IMG/VR virus record: IMGVR_UViG_3300044952_000182
Coordinates: 1,578 to 65,577 of that record
DNA length: 64,000 bases
Source of the DNA: a virus
Direction: 5' to 3' (one strand)
Shown here: one piece after another, positions 24,902 to 34,921 of the stretch
Numbering within the stretch: position 1 is the first letter of the stretch
How the letters are laid out: the number at the start of each line of letters is the position of its first letter
Notes under the pieces: model-generated
The model's input: only the letters and a program-made list of their open reading frames with translations
What the model was told of the DNA's origin: nothing
The model's database searches: none
Position numbers and translations under genes: made by a program

Positions 24902-27250
24902 TTAAATTGTTTCTAATTCTGTAATTGTGTCTTGTGTTAATACTTCCTCTAAAGGAGCATCTTCTGTTAATATGAGCTTGTAATGCTCTAGGTTTACTCT
25001 ATGTTTGTGATATTTGAATAAATCAACTATAGCTGTTATCAATGGATTTTGTTTAACATTACTATAACCCATTGTACCTAATATAGCATCTAAGAATGGT
25101 AGCTTAGTAAACACTTCATTAACCTGTTTGTACACTAAATATGTAGGTTGGTCAAATAAATTGTTTGCTATGGCATGTTCTATAACTGCTTTTCTAGTGT
25201 CAGCATCACAATAACTTCTATACTGGCTATTATGATACTGATGTAATGTCTGTAATTTATCTGCTAAATCAATAGATACATCTCTAACTGTATTGATTCT
25301 TTTAAATGTATCACTATATGTTTCAATCAAATCCCTGATTAGAAACTCTGTAGCTATTGTTTTAAATGGTCTGTTTTTACCTTCCATAAATTTATCTATT
25401 GTTATCCAGTTATGTAAATCAGCTTTCTGTAAGTTATCATAGGTTGCTTGGGCCACTATTACAAATAATGCATGTTTATTAAAACAAGACCAAGCATTAT
25501 CCATTTTCTTCTTATCAGCTTCTTTAGCATAGACATTCAACGTAGACCTTTGATGGATCATTTCCATCTTAAATGTTGTAGGAACAAACTTGCAATGTTG
25601 ATCAGATAGATCTATTTGCATTTGTGTACCCACCTTACCAGAGAATTCACCTTTTAGTCTAACCTTCTTAGGACCTGCTACAGCTGCAACTGTTACCTTC
25701 ATTCTTTTAGCTTTCTGAGCATCCTTGAATGATTGTGGTACATCAATAGCATCTACATCTATAAAATCCTTAGCATATAATCCCACTACATATTGAAACT
25801 CTTGAATAAGCTGTCTCCATTGAGTTTTAGGATACATTCCTAAATTTAACACAGAATCATAATATTTAGCATAATCTATTTGACCAGTCTTGCTTCTAAG
25901 CTTAAATGCTGATTTCTTAACAAAATAACTAGTTTTATTATCTGGCAAAAGAGTCCTTAAATAGTCTTGCTTACCTTTAGGAAGAGAATCATCATAAATA
26001 TATACACCACCAACAGCATATCCTGTTAAATCTGACATTCTCAAATGCTCATAATAATAGTTCTTAGCATTTTGAAATTTACCATTACTAAATCTATATT
26101 TAAACTTATACTCAGCAAGTATATACTCTTTAGATTTTACAGCAAGTCTTTCTAGGTTTAATAGCTTTATGTTATCTAGTTTAGGCTGTGCTACAGATAC
26201 AGTAGAATGCTTTACAAGATCATCTATACAAATATCATCTTCTGTGCCTTTGTACCAGCATTTGATATGCTTACTATTTTGACTATAGAATTCCATAATA
26301 GCTTTGATATCGCTTTGTGTAGTGATGGCATCATTAAACTTGTCCATGAATACATTACCCACTGTAGCTATCTTCTTTAGAATGGTTTCTTTAGCTTCTT
26401 TAGTATATCTAATAGCTTCTCTGTTTGGTGTAGGAAATAATCCATCACTAAGACTAAATCTCAAAGCCATCTTCATACGTATTCTATCAATACCAAGCTT
26501 CTCCCAGTCAATTGGATAACTAACATTGTCCAAGCATAAATGCATGTCACTGTTCATAGCTATTTGAGAATATTGAAAATGTTCAGCTCTATGTATTGTA
26601 AAATCATTAGGAACATTATAGCTACCCATTGGTTCTACATCAAAGTAAACATTATCAAAATAAGCTAATTGCTCTTTAATCTTGTTGTGGAAATTATATC
26701 TATCAGAATAATCCACTGGAACAATAACCTTTACACCATTAGGTTCTGCTGTAGGCTTTTCATACAAAAGGTCAATACTGTTTGTATCTTCTCCTTCATA
26801 CATCATATACTTACGTTCCATAAAATCTTTTCTACATACAAAGTAGAAGCTAGAGCTATATGCCAATGGAGCCTTGAAACCAAGACCCATCATGCCTAAT
26901 TCTGTATTGCTATTACGCTTGGTTGACTTACCATACTTACTGATGATGTTACGCACATCATCTGCATCTAAGCCAATACCAAAGTCTTCAACAGCAAATT
27001 CATATGTATTTGCCTGATTGTTTCTTTTAAACGAAACAATAACAGGTTCGTCACATCCAGCTCTTCTGTGACTATCCAGTGCATTAGATGCACATTCTCT
27101 GATAGTAGAGCCTATTGAATCTGAATATAGATTCTTACTTAACATCTGCATCAAGACTTGTGCAGAATCTAAGTCTAGTGACATTTTCACAGTTTCCTGT
27201 GTTGTTCCTTCTTCAAGGATGTGTGCTTCTGTTTGTTTTTCTAAAATCAT
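24902..27250 (-). CDS. GHKL-superfamily ATPase, Hsp90 (HtpG)-like
   Basis: LMQMLSKNLYSDSIGSTIRECASNALDS vs Hsp90 [30 protein letters not shown] (N-box); VEDFGIGLDADDV vs DTGIGMTKADL (G1); LGMMGLGFKAPLAYSSSFYFVCRK vs [23 protein letters not shown] (G2). 782 aa. Confidence 0.6.
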   Translation of the reverse strand: MILEKQTEAHILEEGTTQETVKMSLDLDSAQVLMQMLSKNLYSDSIGSTIRECASNALDSHRRAGCDEPVIVSFKRNNQANTYEFAVEDFGIGLDADDVRNIISKYGKSTKRNSNTELGMMGLGFKAPLAYSSSFYFVCRKDFMERKYMMYEGEDTNSIDLLYEKPTAEPNGVKVIVPVDYSDRYNFHNKIKEQLAYFDNVYFDVEPMGSYNVPNDFTIHRAEHFQYSQIAMNSDMHLCLDNVSYPIDWEKLGIDRIRMKMALRFSLSDGLFPTPNREAIRYTKEAKETILKKIATVGNVFMDKFNDAITTQSDIKAIMEFYSQNSKHIKCWYKGTEDDICIDDLVKHSTVSVAQPKLDNIKLLNLERLAVKSKEYILAEYKFKYRFSNGKFQNAKNYYYEHLRMSDLTGYAVGGVYIYDDSLPKGKQDYLRTLLPDNKTSYFVKKSAFKLRSKTGQIDYAKYYDSVLNLGMYPKTQWRQLIQEFQYVVGLYAKDFIDVDAIDVPQSFKDAQKAKRMKVTVAAVAGPKKVRLKGEFSGKVGTQMQIDLSDQHCKFVPTTFKMEMIHQRSTLNVYAKEADKKKMDNAWSCFNKHALFVIVAQATYDNLQKADLHNWITIDKFMEGKNRPFKTIATEFLIRDLIETYSDTFKRINTVRDVSIDLADKLQTLHQYHNSQYRSYCDADTRKAVIEHAIANNLFDQPTYLVYKQVNEVFTKLPFLDAILGTMGYSNVKQNPLITAIVDLFKYHKHRVNLEHYKLILTEDAPLEEVLTQDTITELETI

Positions 27251-27254
27251 TGTG

Positions 27255-27617
27255 TTAGTATTTTACGTCTATGTTGAATTCTTTAAGAACTTCTTTATCT
27301 TCTAGAAGTTTTTCTATTGTTTCTTGGTCTGTAATGTTTTCTCTGTTTAATTTCATAATTCTATACTCATCTGGTGTATTAACGTAGTTCTTACCCATTT
27401 GAGAAATGGTAAGTGGTTTCATTGGTTTATCACCTTTCCATTGGCCTAGTTGTATCCCATGCCAATTCTTTTGTGATGAAGCAGAACCAGGCCATAGATA
27501 CTGGACTGTTCCTCCTTGTCCTCGTCCAAGATAAATACCAATGCTTATGTAATTATTACTAGCCACTGCTATGAGATCTCCTTTTTGGATGTCTCCTCCA
27601 TTTTTAACTTTAATCAT
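27255..27617 (-). CDS. hypothetical protein
   Basis: 120-aa ORF. Confidence 0.4.
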   Translation of the reverse strand: MIKVKNGGDIQKGDLIAVASNNYISIGIYLGRGQGGTVQYLWPGSASSQKNWHGIQLGQWKGDKPMKPLTISQMGKNYVNTPDEYRIMKLNRENITDQETIEKLLEDKEVLKEFNIDVKY

Positions 27618-27619
27618 AA

Positions 27620-27919
27620 TTAAATGCTTTTAATGATTTCTGATTTTCTGATTTCTATTTTTTCATCCATATGCATCATCAACATAACAAGCATTTCACG
27701 TGCTTCGTTATAATCTAGTTCTATTGCCTTCTTATTAGGAAATTTGAACTTAATACCATTACCATCATCTGTTAATGTTAATGCTGTTTCTCCTTCACAT
27801 GTCCAATCTTTATGGTTTGAGTAGTTTAATTTGCTTAATATGGCTCCTCTGTTAAGATCATAATCATAATCTAACTCTCCATTTCTATTATTCTGTACAT
27901 AGACTTGTAATTCTTCCAT
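27620..27919 (-). CDS. hypothetical protein
   Basis: 99-aa ORF. Confidence 0.4.
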   Translation of the reverse strand: MEELQVYVQNNRNGELDYDYDLNRGAILSKLNYSNHKDWTCEGETALTLTDDGNGIKFKFPNKKAIELDYNEAREMLVMLMMHMDEKIEIRKSEIIKSI

Positions 27920-27929
27920 AATTTTGTTT

Positions 27930-28646
27930 TTAAAAGGGTGTATCTAACATCCAATCTATCGCTAGGTTGTTGTTTTCCTTTAATAGTTTGTTAATTTTTG
28001 TAAATGTGCCTTCTGTATCCCAATCAGTTTGTTTATAAGACGCACTGGCAGGATGACTCATTGTGAATTCCCATGTAAATGGTGCAACATACTTTTTGTA
28101 TTTAGCTGCATCTTTACCTAGAAACACAACTGGTACTCCTGTAGTAGCCAACACTTCTTCAAACAGATACTTAGTAAAGGGTTCCCACAAATCAATGTGA
28201 GAGCCTGCTTTATTTATTTCTGTAGTCAAAGCTGCATTATACATAAGGATACCTTGTTTGGCTAAGAAAGATACATCTGGTGGTCTTTCACATGTTACGC
28301 AAAGACCATTGAACATCTCTTTCTCAATACCATCATAGAATTTTATTAGAGATGGTTGTAATATGCCTGTTGTTGAACAGCCCATTAACAGACCATCTGC
28401 TACGTATTCTCCATTCTTCATAGAGTGATAAGGACACATACCTACCATGACTAGTTTTAGTTCATCATAAGGTGTCTCATAAAAACATCTATAAACATTC
28501 TGAGAGAGAGGGGCAATCTTCTTGCCCCTCTGACTTTCAGCTTTGAGATATTTATAGATATTATCACATGCTTCACTTTCAATAAAAGGTTGCATAAACC
28601 TATGCCAAGAAGAATGAAACTGATCTTTAAATTTCTCCCAATTCAT
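27930..28646 (-). CDS. ung: uracil-DNA glycosylase (family 1 UDG)
   Basis: VMVGMCPYH (cf. VILGQDPYH), PPDVSFLAKQGILMYNAALT (cf. GDL.pWA.QGVLLLNtvLT), SHIDLWEPFT (cf. SHrgkGWE.FT), VVFLGKDA (cf. VVFLLWGs.A). Confidence 0.8.
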   Translation of the reverse strand: MNWEKFKDQFHSSWHRFMQPFIESEACDNIYKYLKAESQRGKKIAPLSQNVYRCFYETPYDELKLVMVGMCPYHSMKNGEYVADGLLMGCSTTGILQPSLIKFYDGIEKEMFNGLCVTCERPPDVSFLAKQGILMYNAALTTEINKAGSHIDLWEPFTKYLFEEVLATTGVPVVFLGKDAAKYKKYVAPFTWEFTMSHPASASYKQTDWDTEGTFTKINKLLKENNNLAIDWMLDTPF

Positions 28647-28647
28647 A

Positions 28648-29412
28648 TTAAAACATTGATAATTGATTAAGTACTATTTCTCCTTGCTCATAATCCATTG
28701 GTGTAGCATCATATGCATAGTTGTTGAAGAATGCATGTGCTTGTATATGACTCTCCATCCATTGAGATGGGTGTGTCTCTTTCATAGCAAATGTTGTATA
28801 GTTATATAACTCCCATAAGCTATCTTTAGCATTGTAATCATGTGTAGGGGCTTTTAACTCTCTACTGATGATGTTTAACTGTGTAGACGTAATAAACTGC
28901 TCTTCTAGCATCATTCTACCAACTAACTCAGCTTTGATACGTTTAGTGATTTCTATTTGCTTCATAGACTCTCTTTGCTGTTGCATAAGAGTGAATGCTT
29001 CACCTGCACCTTTGATGTAATCAGTGATAGCACCTGGTGTGAAGTCTTGGATGTCACCTTTATGTCTTTTCTTAAAGGCACCAAAGTCTCCTGATACACA
29101 ACCATTAGAGCATATCATAATTCTTGTACCAATAGCAAACTTTAAGCTCATGCTTCTGTCATAGCTATTCTGCCAACCAATTTGTAATTGCATCTCACTG
29201 TCTGCTACGTTGCTGATAGAGAATCTACCATTAGCAACACTACCATCTCTAGCTGCAGAATAAGTTTCTTTGTCTAAGATAAATCCTGCTTTCTCAATGC
29301 TGTTCAATGTAAGATCCATCAATGAAGAATGGCTAACTGGTTTATATGTACGTGTTTGTACTGGAACTGCTGTATTCATTAACAGTTCCTTTGTGGTGTT
29401 AAACGTCTCCAT
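28648..29412 (-). CDS. DUF932-like phage/plasmid protein
   Basis: WQNSYDRSMSLKFAIGTRIMICSNG resembles the DUF932 core (nShDgS.al.l..G.fRlvCsNG). Recalled from memory, not searched. Confidence 0.4.
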   Translation of the reverse strand: METFNTTKELLMNTAVPVQTRTYKPVSHSSLMDLTLNSIEKAGFILDKETYSAARDGSVANGRFSISNVADSEMQLQIGWQNSYDRSMSLKFAIGTRIMICSNGCVSGDFGAFKKRHKGDIQDFTPGAITDYIKGAGEAFTLMQQQRESMKQIEITKRIKAELVGRMMLEEQFITSTQLNIISRELKAPTHDYNAKDSLWELYNYTTFAMKETHPSQWMESHIQAHAFFNNYAYDATPMDYEQGEIVLNQLSMF

Positions 29413-29556
29413 CTTGTGTTAATTTAATTGGTGTTCCTAAATATTTACTTAATATGCCTTCTAGGTTTTCTATACCTATGCATTCTAAATCATCTCCTTC
29501 AGTGGTTTCAAACCATTCTATTTCGCTTTGAATAGCTTCTACTAAATCTTTTACTG

Positions 29557-30561
29557 TCATAAAATTTGTTTACTTTTTAAATAATCTTCAATCACTTTTA
29601 ATCCATGGACCTTTGCAAGATCTGCCCAATCTTTAATGCCTTCTGCTAGATACTGACGTGGGACGTTAGTATAGTCAAAGTCAAACATCTTTGTAATCTG
29701 TACAGAATTCTGTACACCTACATCATCAGCATCAAAGCTAAGTATTTGTCTATCAGAGTTTGCTTTTAGATATTCTACATTGTCATGTGAGAAACATCCA
29801 AGTCCTTCATTTTGGACAGCACAGCTGCATGGGAATATCTTCTTCATCACCATAAAGTCTTTTTTACTCTTGTTGATGAATGCTGTCTTACAGTCTTTTA
29901 TATTCTCTTTACCATCCATTGCTGTGATAGGAACATTGTTAGGCATCCACTTATGCTTCTTATCAGCATATGGCCTATATATCTTCCAATACTGTCCTTC
30001 ATAAAGGTAACCAAATCTAAGCTCGTCTTCTCCTAATGGGAACCTTTGCTTATTAAGATATAGTTCTTTGATAGAATACACATTGTTATCTCTGAGGTCC
30101 TGGAGATCCTGGTGATACTCTGCCCAATACTCAAGTTCTCTATTAGTGAACTTTCTAGTCTTGACCTGAATTAGGGAATATCTCTTCTCTATCTCAGGCT
30201 GTTTGTATTCAGATATAATCTTCTTGTACTCTCCTGTCATGACACCTGTAGAAAAACCTAGACCAAAGTCTCTGTCTATCATCTTCAAAGTATCACTGAC
30301 GCTAGGAAGGCTATGAAGCTTCTGAACAAAATTAAAACAATCACCACGAAGACTAGTATCAGCATAGTCTATAAACATTAGATAGCCCATTTTGTTACCA
30401 ATCATAAATGATGGATTGTTCTCATGCCTGAATGGAGAATAGGTCACTCTGTTAATTTTCCAATCTTGATTAGGCATGTAATACCTAAATATATCATACT
30501 CTGATATCCTACTTAGAATAGCTTCTATAGACATCTTTGTCTTTCTTTCTCCAGTAATCAT
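29557..30561 (-). CDS. DNA primase-like protein (degenerate CHC2 zinc-binding region + TOPRIM-like DxD)
   Basis: SPFRHENNPSFMIGNKMGYLMFIDYADTSLRGDCFNFV follows the DnaG zinc-binding-domain pattern (CPFHdEKTPSF.v...k..y.CFGCGagGD.i.F), with cysteines partly replaced. Later ILSFDADDVG. Confidence 0.4.
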   Translation of the reverse strand: MITGERKTKMSIEAILSRISEYDIFRYYMPNQDWKINRVTYSPFRHENNPSFMIGNKMGYLMFIDYADTSLRGDCFNFVQKLHSLPSVSDTLKMIDRDFGLGFSTGVMTGEYKKIISEYKQPEIEKRYSLIQVKTRKFTNRELEYWAEYHQDLQDLRDNNVYSIKELYLNKQRFPLGEDELRFGYLYEGQYWKIYRPYADKKHKWMPNNVPITAMDGKENIKDCKTAFINKSKKDFMVMKKIFPCSCAVQNEGLGCFSHDNVEYLKANSDRQILSFDADDVGVQNSVQITKMFDFDYTNVPRQYLAEGIKDWADLAKVHGLKVIEDYLKSKQIL

Positions 30562-30621
30562 AACTTAAGTTAATGAAAAGGCCCCACAATAGTGAGGCCA
30601 TTTCTTATTTAGAGGGGTATA

Positions 30622-31497
30622 CTAAAAATCACTATCATCTTCAGCAATCACCTTATCAGATGCTACCAAATTATCTTCAGAGCTATACTCTTTCAATTCC
30701 TTAAATGTAAAGAAGTCTTTACAACCATACTCACCCACTACGTTTAATACAAAACGCTCATGAGGTTTCAAGTCTTTAGAAGACTTCTGACGTAAGCCAC
30801 TGATAGTACCAGCTGCATTGTAATCTAACAATCTGAAAGCTTTGATGCTATATGGAGGTAAGAATGCTTTGTTATATATATTCTGAAACTCCTTTACACC
30901 ATCATCTGTTTCTTTTGTATTGATAGTAGCCAATGCTACAATGTTTGTAGCCCACTCACCATTGATTTGTTCTTTAAGTTCTTTAACATTACCCTTAATC
31001 AACTTATTGAATTCTAATTGTAATGTAGATTTCTTGCTGCTAAAGTCAATGTTACTTAACCAAGAGCGTAAGAAATTGTAAAGATCTTCCTCACCTACAA
31101 ATGATACACGATTCTCTCTTTCTTTGAACCATGTTGGTAAGTTGTTTGGACTGTCAGCCCATGTACAACGTCCAATGTTGTTGATGTATTGTTTCTTTGT
31201 TTGATCTCTGTTCTCTTTCTCTTTGTTCTCAATAAAGAAAGTTAATTTGAACTTCTCTTTTGATTTAACTTCCTCTAACCAGAAGTCTAAACGCAATCTA
31301 GCATTACCATCTTTACTAGTACCTAAGTACTCTGTAGCTTTGCTATCTTCTTTTAATTGTCTTCCCAATACATCAGCATATTCTTCTGTTGTAGGGTTAA
31401 CTGCAATTACTCTTGCTTCGAATAAGCCAACCTTCTTGGCAAATTCTTTGTCATCAAATACTGGGCTTTGTCTTTTTTCTCCTCCAATGTTACTCAT
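30622..31497 (-). CDS. ssDNA-binding protein candidate (DUF669-like N-terminus)
   Basis: N-terminal FDDKEFAKKVGLFEARVIAVNPT pattern, plus its position next to a Sak4-like ATPase. Weak. Confidence 0.3.
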   Translation of the reverse strand: MSNIGGEKRQSPVFDDKEFAKKVGLFEARVIAVNPTTEEYADVLGRQLKEDSKATEYLGTSKDGNARLRLDFWLEEVKSKEKFKLTFFIENKEKENRDQTKKQYINNIGRCTWADSPNNLPTWFKERENRVSFVGEEDLYNFLRSWLSNIDFSSKKSTLQLEFNKLIKGNVKELKEQINGEWATNIVALATINTKETDDGVKEFQNIYNKAFLPPYSIKAFRLLDYNAAGTISGLRQKSSKDLKPHERFVLNVVGEYGCKDFFTFKELKEYSSEDNLVASDKVIAEDDSDF

Positions 31498-31519
31498 TTT
31501 TTACTGATTTTATTTGTTA

Positions 31520-32191
31520 TTAATTGTAATATTCATCAATTGAATTGACTACTTGTTGTAAGTTGTTAGGTATTCTGATATCTGCAAACATTCCATCAGG
31601 ACTCTTTGCTGGATACTTCTTGAATCTGTTAGTTACAAAGTTATATGTGGCTGTGCCATCTTTGCTTTCTTCTACGTGTGTATATAAACAGATAGTAAGT
31701 AAACCTTCTAACACAATTTGGTTATCAATTAACTTACCTGCTGTCTTAATCTTGTATCCTATAATTTCACCTGAGTCTTCAATAGTCTCTGGGTGTGTGA
31801 AATAGAATACTTTTAAATCATCACGTAAACGTCTTGCTTCTCTGAATAGTTCCACCATATCTTTAGCCATAATGGTAAACTTGGTGAATCCTACTTCTGT
31901 AGCTCTCGCTAACATATTGAAACCCATAATGTAATTAGAGTCTTCAATAATAATGTTCTTAATGTGTGGTGCTTTGTCAGAGATAGTCTTTAATAGACGT
32001 GTAATCTCGTTAGCATCATCCACTTCTTTGTAGTTTTTAGCCTCAGCGTTATACAACTTCTCTGCTCCTTTAAAAGGTAATTCCTTTTTAGCAACATTGA
32101 TGATGTAAGTCTCTTTTGGATCTAAATGTTTTACTGATGTTGACTTGCCAGTGCCTGTAGCACCAACAATTCCAATTAATTTGCTTGCCAT
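31520..32191 (-). CDS. P-loop ATPase, Sak4-like (AAA_24-type recombination accessory) candidate
   Basis: Walker A GIVGATGTGKST, Walker B IIIEDS; ~220 aa RecA-fold size class. Confidence 0.5.
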   Translation of the reverse strand: MASKLIGIVGATGTGKSTSVKHLDPKETYIINVAKKELPFKGAEKLYNAEAKNYKEVDDANEITRLLKTISDKAPHIKNIIIEDSNYIMGFNMLARATEVGFTKFTIMAKDMVELFREARRLRDDLKVFYFTHPETIEDSGEIIGYKIKTAGKLIDNQIVLEGLLTICLYTHVEESKDGTATYNFVTNRFKKYPAKSPDGMFADIRIPNNLQQVVNSIDEYYN

Positions 32192-32196
32192 GTTTT

Positions 32197-32412
32197 TTAC
32201 TGATTTTGTTCTGATAAAGGTACTTCAATTTCTTGAGATTTCAAAATAATTTCCCTAGTTTTTGTTGCATCTATATTATTAATTATATCATCATAAATGG
32301 CATCTGCAATCACTTTATCTCTACTCCATTTTACTGATGTACCATTGACTCTTACACCATACCAAGCCTCATCACTAAATGGTTCATATTGTTCAACTAA
32401 TTCTACTTTCAT
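32197..32412 (-). CDS. hypothetical protein
   Basis: 71-aa ORF coupled to the helicase gene. Confidence 0.35.
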   Translation of the reverse strand: MKVELVEQYEPFSDEAWYGVRVNGTSVKWSRDKVIADAIYDDIINNIDATKTREIILKSQEIEVPLSEQNQ

Positions 32413-33503
32413 ATGTATTTAATTTTGTCTTTATCAAAGAATTCTAGTGCTCTTTTGAGCCACTTTCTCTCCACGTCTTCAACAGAAGATATGATGTATA
32501 TATAGGCTTTCTTTTCTGGAGTGTTATACTCCATGGCCATACATCTATTAATCTTCTGTGCTAGATTCTCACCATTACTATCAAAGTAATTAATAATCAC
32601 CCTATTGAGTGGTTTATATGTAACACCTGTATTACCTATCTTTACGACAGCCAGGTGGTTACCAACACCAGATGCAAAGTCATCAAACACTTGCTTGTCT
32701 CCTGCTTTGCTATGATAGACAGGAATTCCTAGGTCATCTGCTACCTTTGTGACACCACAGAATACTAGTACACGCTCATCTTTGTGCTTAACTAATAGCT
32801 CTTTTGTCTTATTAAGCTTAGCAAGACTGTTCTGAATGAGTCTCATTCTAGCCAAACGCAAGAACATGGTTGCTTTACCTTGCTTCTCTAGCTGATCTAT
32901 CACCCATCCATATGCAGCAAACTGAGTCTTTTCAGTCTTCCACTTACCTTTGTAGTTATTCTGCTGTGTGTTATCTAATGGTACTCCTACCACTGTGATT
33001 TCATAGTCAGAGACAACTCCTTCCTGAATAGCCTGATCTATGGAATAGGTAGCTAAGACAGATAGTCCTAGCTCTGTTCCTAATGTTTGTTCTGTATGTG
33101 ATGATAAGGTCCCTGTTAGACCTAACACCTTTGTGCATTGTAGCTCCTTTACAGCCTCCATTTGTGCCTCAGACAGTAAATGTACCTCATCTAAGATAAC
33201 AAGGTCATAAAAGGCAGCTGTATGCTTTTTTAGAGACAAATGGGTGGTATAAGTCATATTCCTATTCTTATACTTCCTAGCCAAGAAATGCTCTTCCCAT
33301 GCATTCTTAATCTTAAGATCAGGATATGCTATGAGAATGTTGATGTCTTTGTCCAGTTTTTCTAATATATTAATGGACACATTGATCTTACCAAACCTAG
33401 GACATAGGTTCAGGATACCAAACTTACCATTGTTCAGCCATACATCAGCAAACTCTGCTTGTCTCTTATCTCGTAGCGTAAGGGTGGGCTTGCTTTTTGC
33501 CAT
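32409..33503 (-). CDS. SF2 (DEAH-type) DNA helicase
   Basis: Motif I-like region, LVILDEVHLL (DEvH motif II), C-terminal helicase domain pattern; 364 aa. Confidence 0.65.
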   Translation of the reverse strand: MAKSKPTLTLRDKRQAEFADVWLNNGKFGILNLCPRFGKINVSINILEKLDKDINILIAYPDLKIKNAWEEHFLARKYKNRNMTYTTHLSLKKHTAAFYDLVILDEVHLLSEAQMEAVKELQCTKVLGLTGTLSSHTEQTLGTELGLSVLATYSIDQAIQEGVVSDYEITVVGVPLDNTQQNNYKGKWKTEKTQFAAYGWVIDQLEKQGKATMFLRLARMRLIQNSLAKLNKTKELLVKHKDERVLVFCGVTKVADDLGIPVYHSKAGDKQVFDDFASGVGNHLAVVKIGNTGVTYKPLNRVIINYFDSNGENLAQKINRCMAMEYNTPEKKAYIYIISSVEDVERKWLKRALEFFDKDKIKYI

Positions 33504-33674
33504 AACTTATTATTGTTGTTAATGACCAAAATAGATACTCTACATTTAGAGCTACATATGGATCATGTTTCTGTATGTTATTCATAACAGATACTGTTGG
33601 AAATAATACCACTTGCCACCAATGACTCTTTTCATTGGGCAATGTATTATATGCTTTAAAATTTAACTTCATTA

Positions 33675-34736
33675 TCATTTATTTAAAAAGAATGTTTTAT
33701 TAATAATATCATTATATATACTGTCGTTCATATACTTAACCTTAGGTAGTTCTTTGAACATACCAATCTGGCCAAGAAAACTTAATCCTATTCTCACATC
33801 ATCTTCTCCATAACTATTCTTTATTAGTCTCAATGATCTGAAATACTTTGCACCAAACTCATCTCTAAGTTTGTTTAGGTCATACCCTGAAGGGTCTGCC
33901 ACTTTATATCTCATGGGATCAAACAATGCTAGGACAACATCAGCATCATTCTGTGTCTGTGAACTCTCAGCAAAATCTTCTAGCTGTGGTTCTACATCAC
34001 CATTCTTTAGTCTCATTGGACTAGAAATGTCCCTATTAAACTGACTAACAATTACAGGACTATAGCCATACATGTCACGAGCATATCTCAGATCGTCAGA
34101 CATCTTGTCTATACACTGTTTCTTAGTAGAATAATCTTTTGTAGGTTTTAATAGGCCTATGTGGTCAATAACAACAATAGTTATTTCATTCTCATCATTG
34201 GGAATGTATTTCTTGTTATATTGATCTACATCTTCTATTACACCATTAGCTAATGCATAGTCTCTTAGCTGTTTGGCTATACCCACTGGATTCTCTGGTC
34301 CATCAATAAGAGTGATTGTTTCTTTCATTTGTCCCATATAATCCTCATACATCAGGAACAGATCATGTTCATCAGGTGTCATCTTATCTGTCCAACCTAA
34401 TAGCTTGGATACAGGAATAATTATACCTTGGTCAAGGAATATCTTTCTTGAGACCCATTTAGCATATTTGTATGTTCTACTACGCTCCATGGATCTGTAT
34501 ATGATCTTTAACTTAAGACCTGGAGTCTTCTGACTGATAAACCAATCAAATGGATTTAAAACATATGCGTCATCTAAGAAGCTTGTTTTACCTGATCCAG
34601 TGAGGCCACCTATCAGTGTGTACATAGACTTTCTGATGCCAATATATCTGTTCAATCTTTCAAAGCCCATAGGTATACCATTGTTCCTACCATCTAGGCC
34701 TGCTTGAACTTCTCGTTTTAAATCTTCAAAACTCAT
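33675..34736 (-). CDS. DnaB-like replicative helicase (RecA-fold C-domain)
   Basis: GFERLNRYIGIRKSMYTLIGGLTGSGKTSFLDDA matches the DnaB/gp41 Walker A region (G...L..i.ggrpsmGKTafaln.a); IVVIDHIGLL is Walker B. Confidence 0.7.
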   Translation of the reverse strand: MSFEDLKREVQAGLDGRNNGIPMGFERLNRYIGIRKSMYTLIGGLTGSGKTSFLDDAYVLNPFDWFISQKTPGLKLKIIYRSMERSRTYKYAKWVSRKIFLDQGIIIPVSKLLGWTDKMTPDEHDLFLMYEDYMGQMKETITLIDGPENPVGIAKQLRDYALANGVIEDVDQYNKKYIPNDENEITIVVIDHIGLLKPTKDYSTKKQCIDKMSDDLRYARDMYGYSPVIVSQFNRDISSPMRLKNGDVEPQLEDFAESSQTQNDADVVLALFDPMRYKVADPSGYDLNKLRDEFGAKYFRSLRLIKNSYGEDDVRIGLSFLGQIGMFKELPKVKYMNDSIYNDIINKTFFLNK

Positions 34737-34921
34737 AGCTTTTCTATTTCATTTTTTACATCTTGCCAATATATTTTTTCTAATTCATAATCATAACTTC
34801 CAATTATGACATTCATTATCTCATCTATTGCTATTAATGCACATTCTTTAGCTTGATAATAATTATTTGTTACCTCAAAATATTTATCAAATAATTCTTC
34901 TGCTTTTTCTTTTGGTGTCAT
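34733..34921 (-). CDS. small protein, tandem paralog A
   Basis: MTPKEKAEELFDKYFEV...CALIAIDEI; paralog of the adjacent ORF. Confidence 0.4.
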   Translation of the reverse strand: MTPKEKAEELFDKYFEVTNNYYQAKECALIAIDEIMNVIIGSYDYELEKIYWQDVKNEIEKL

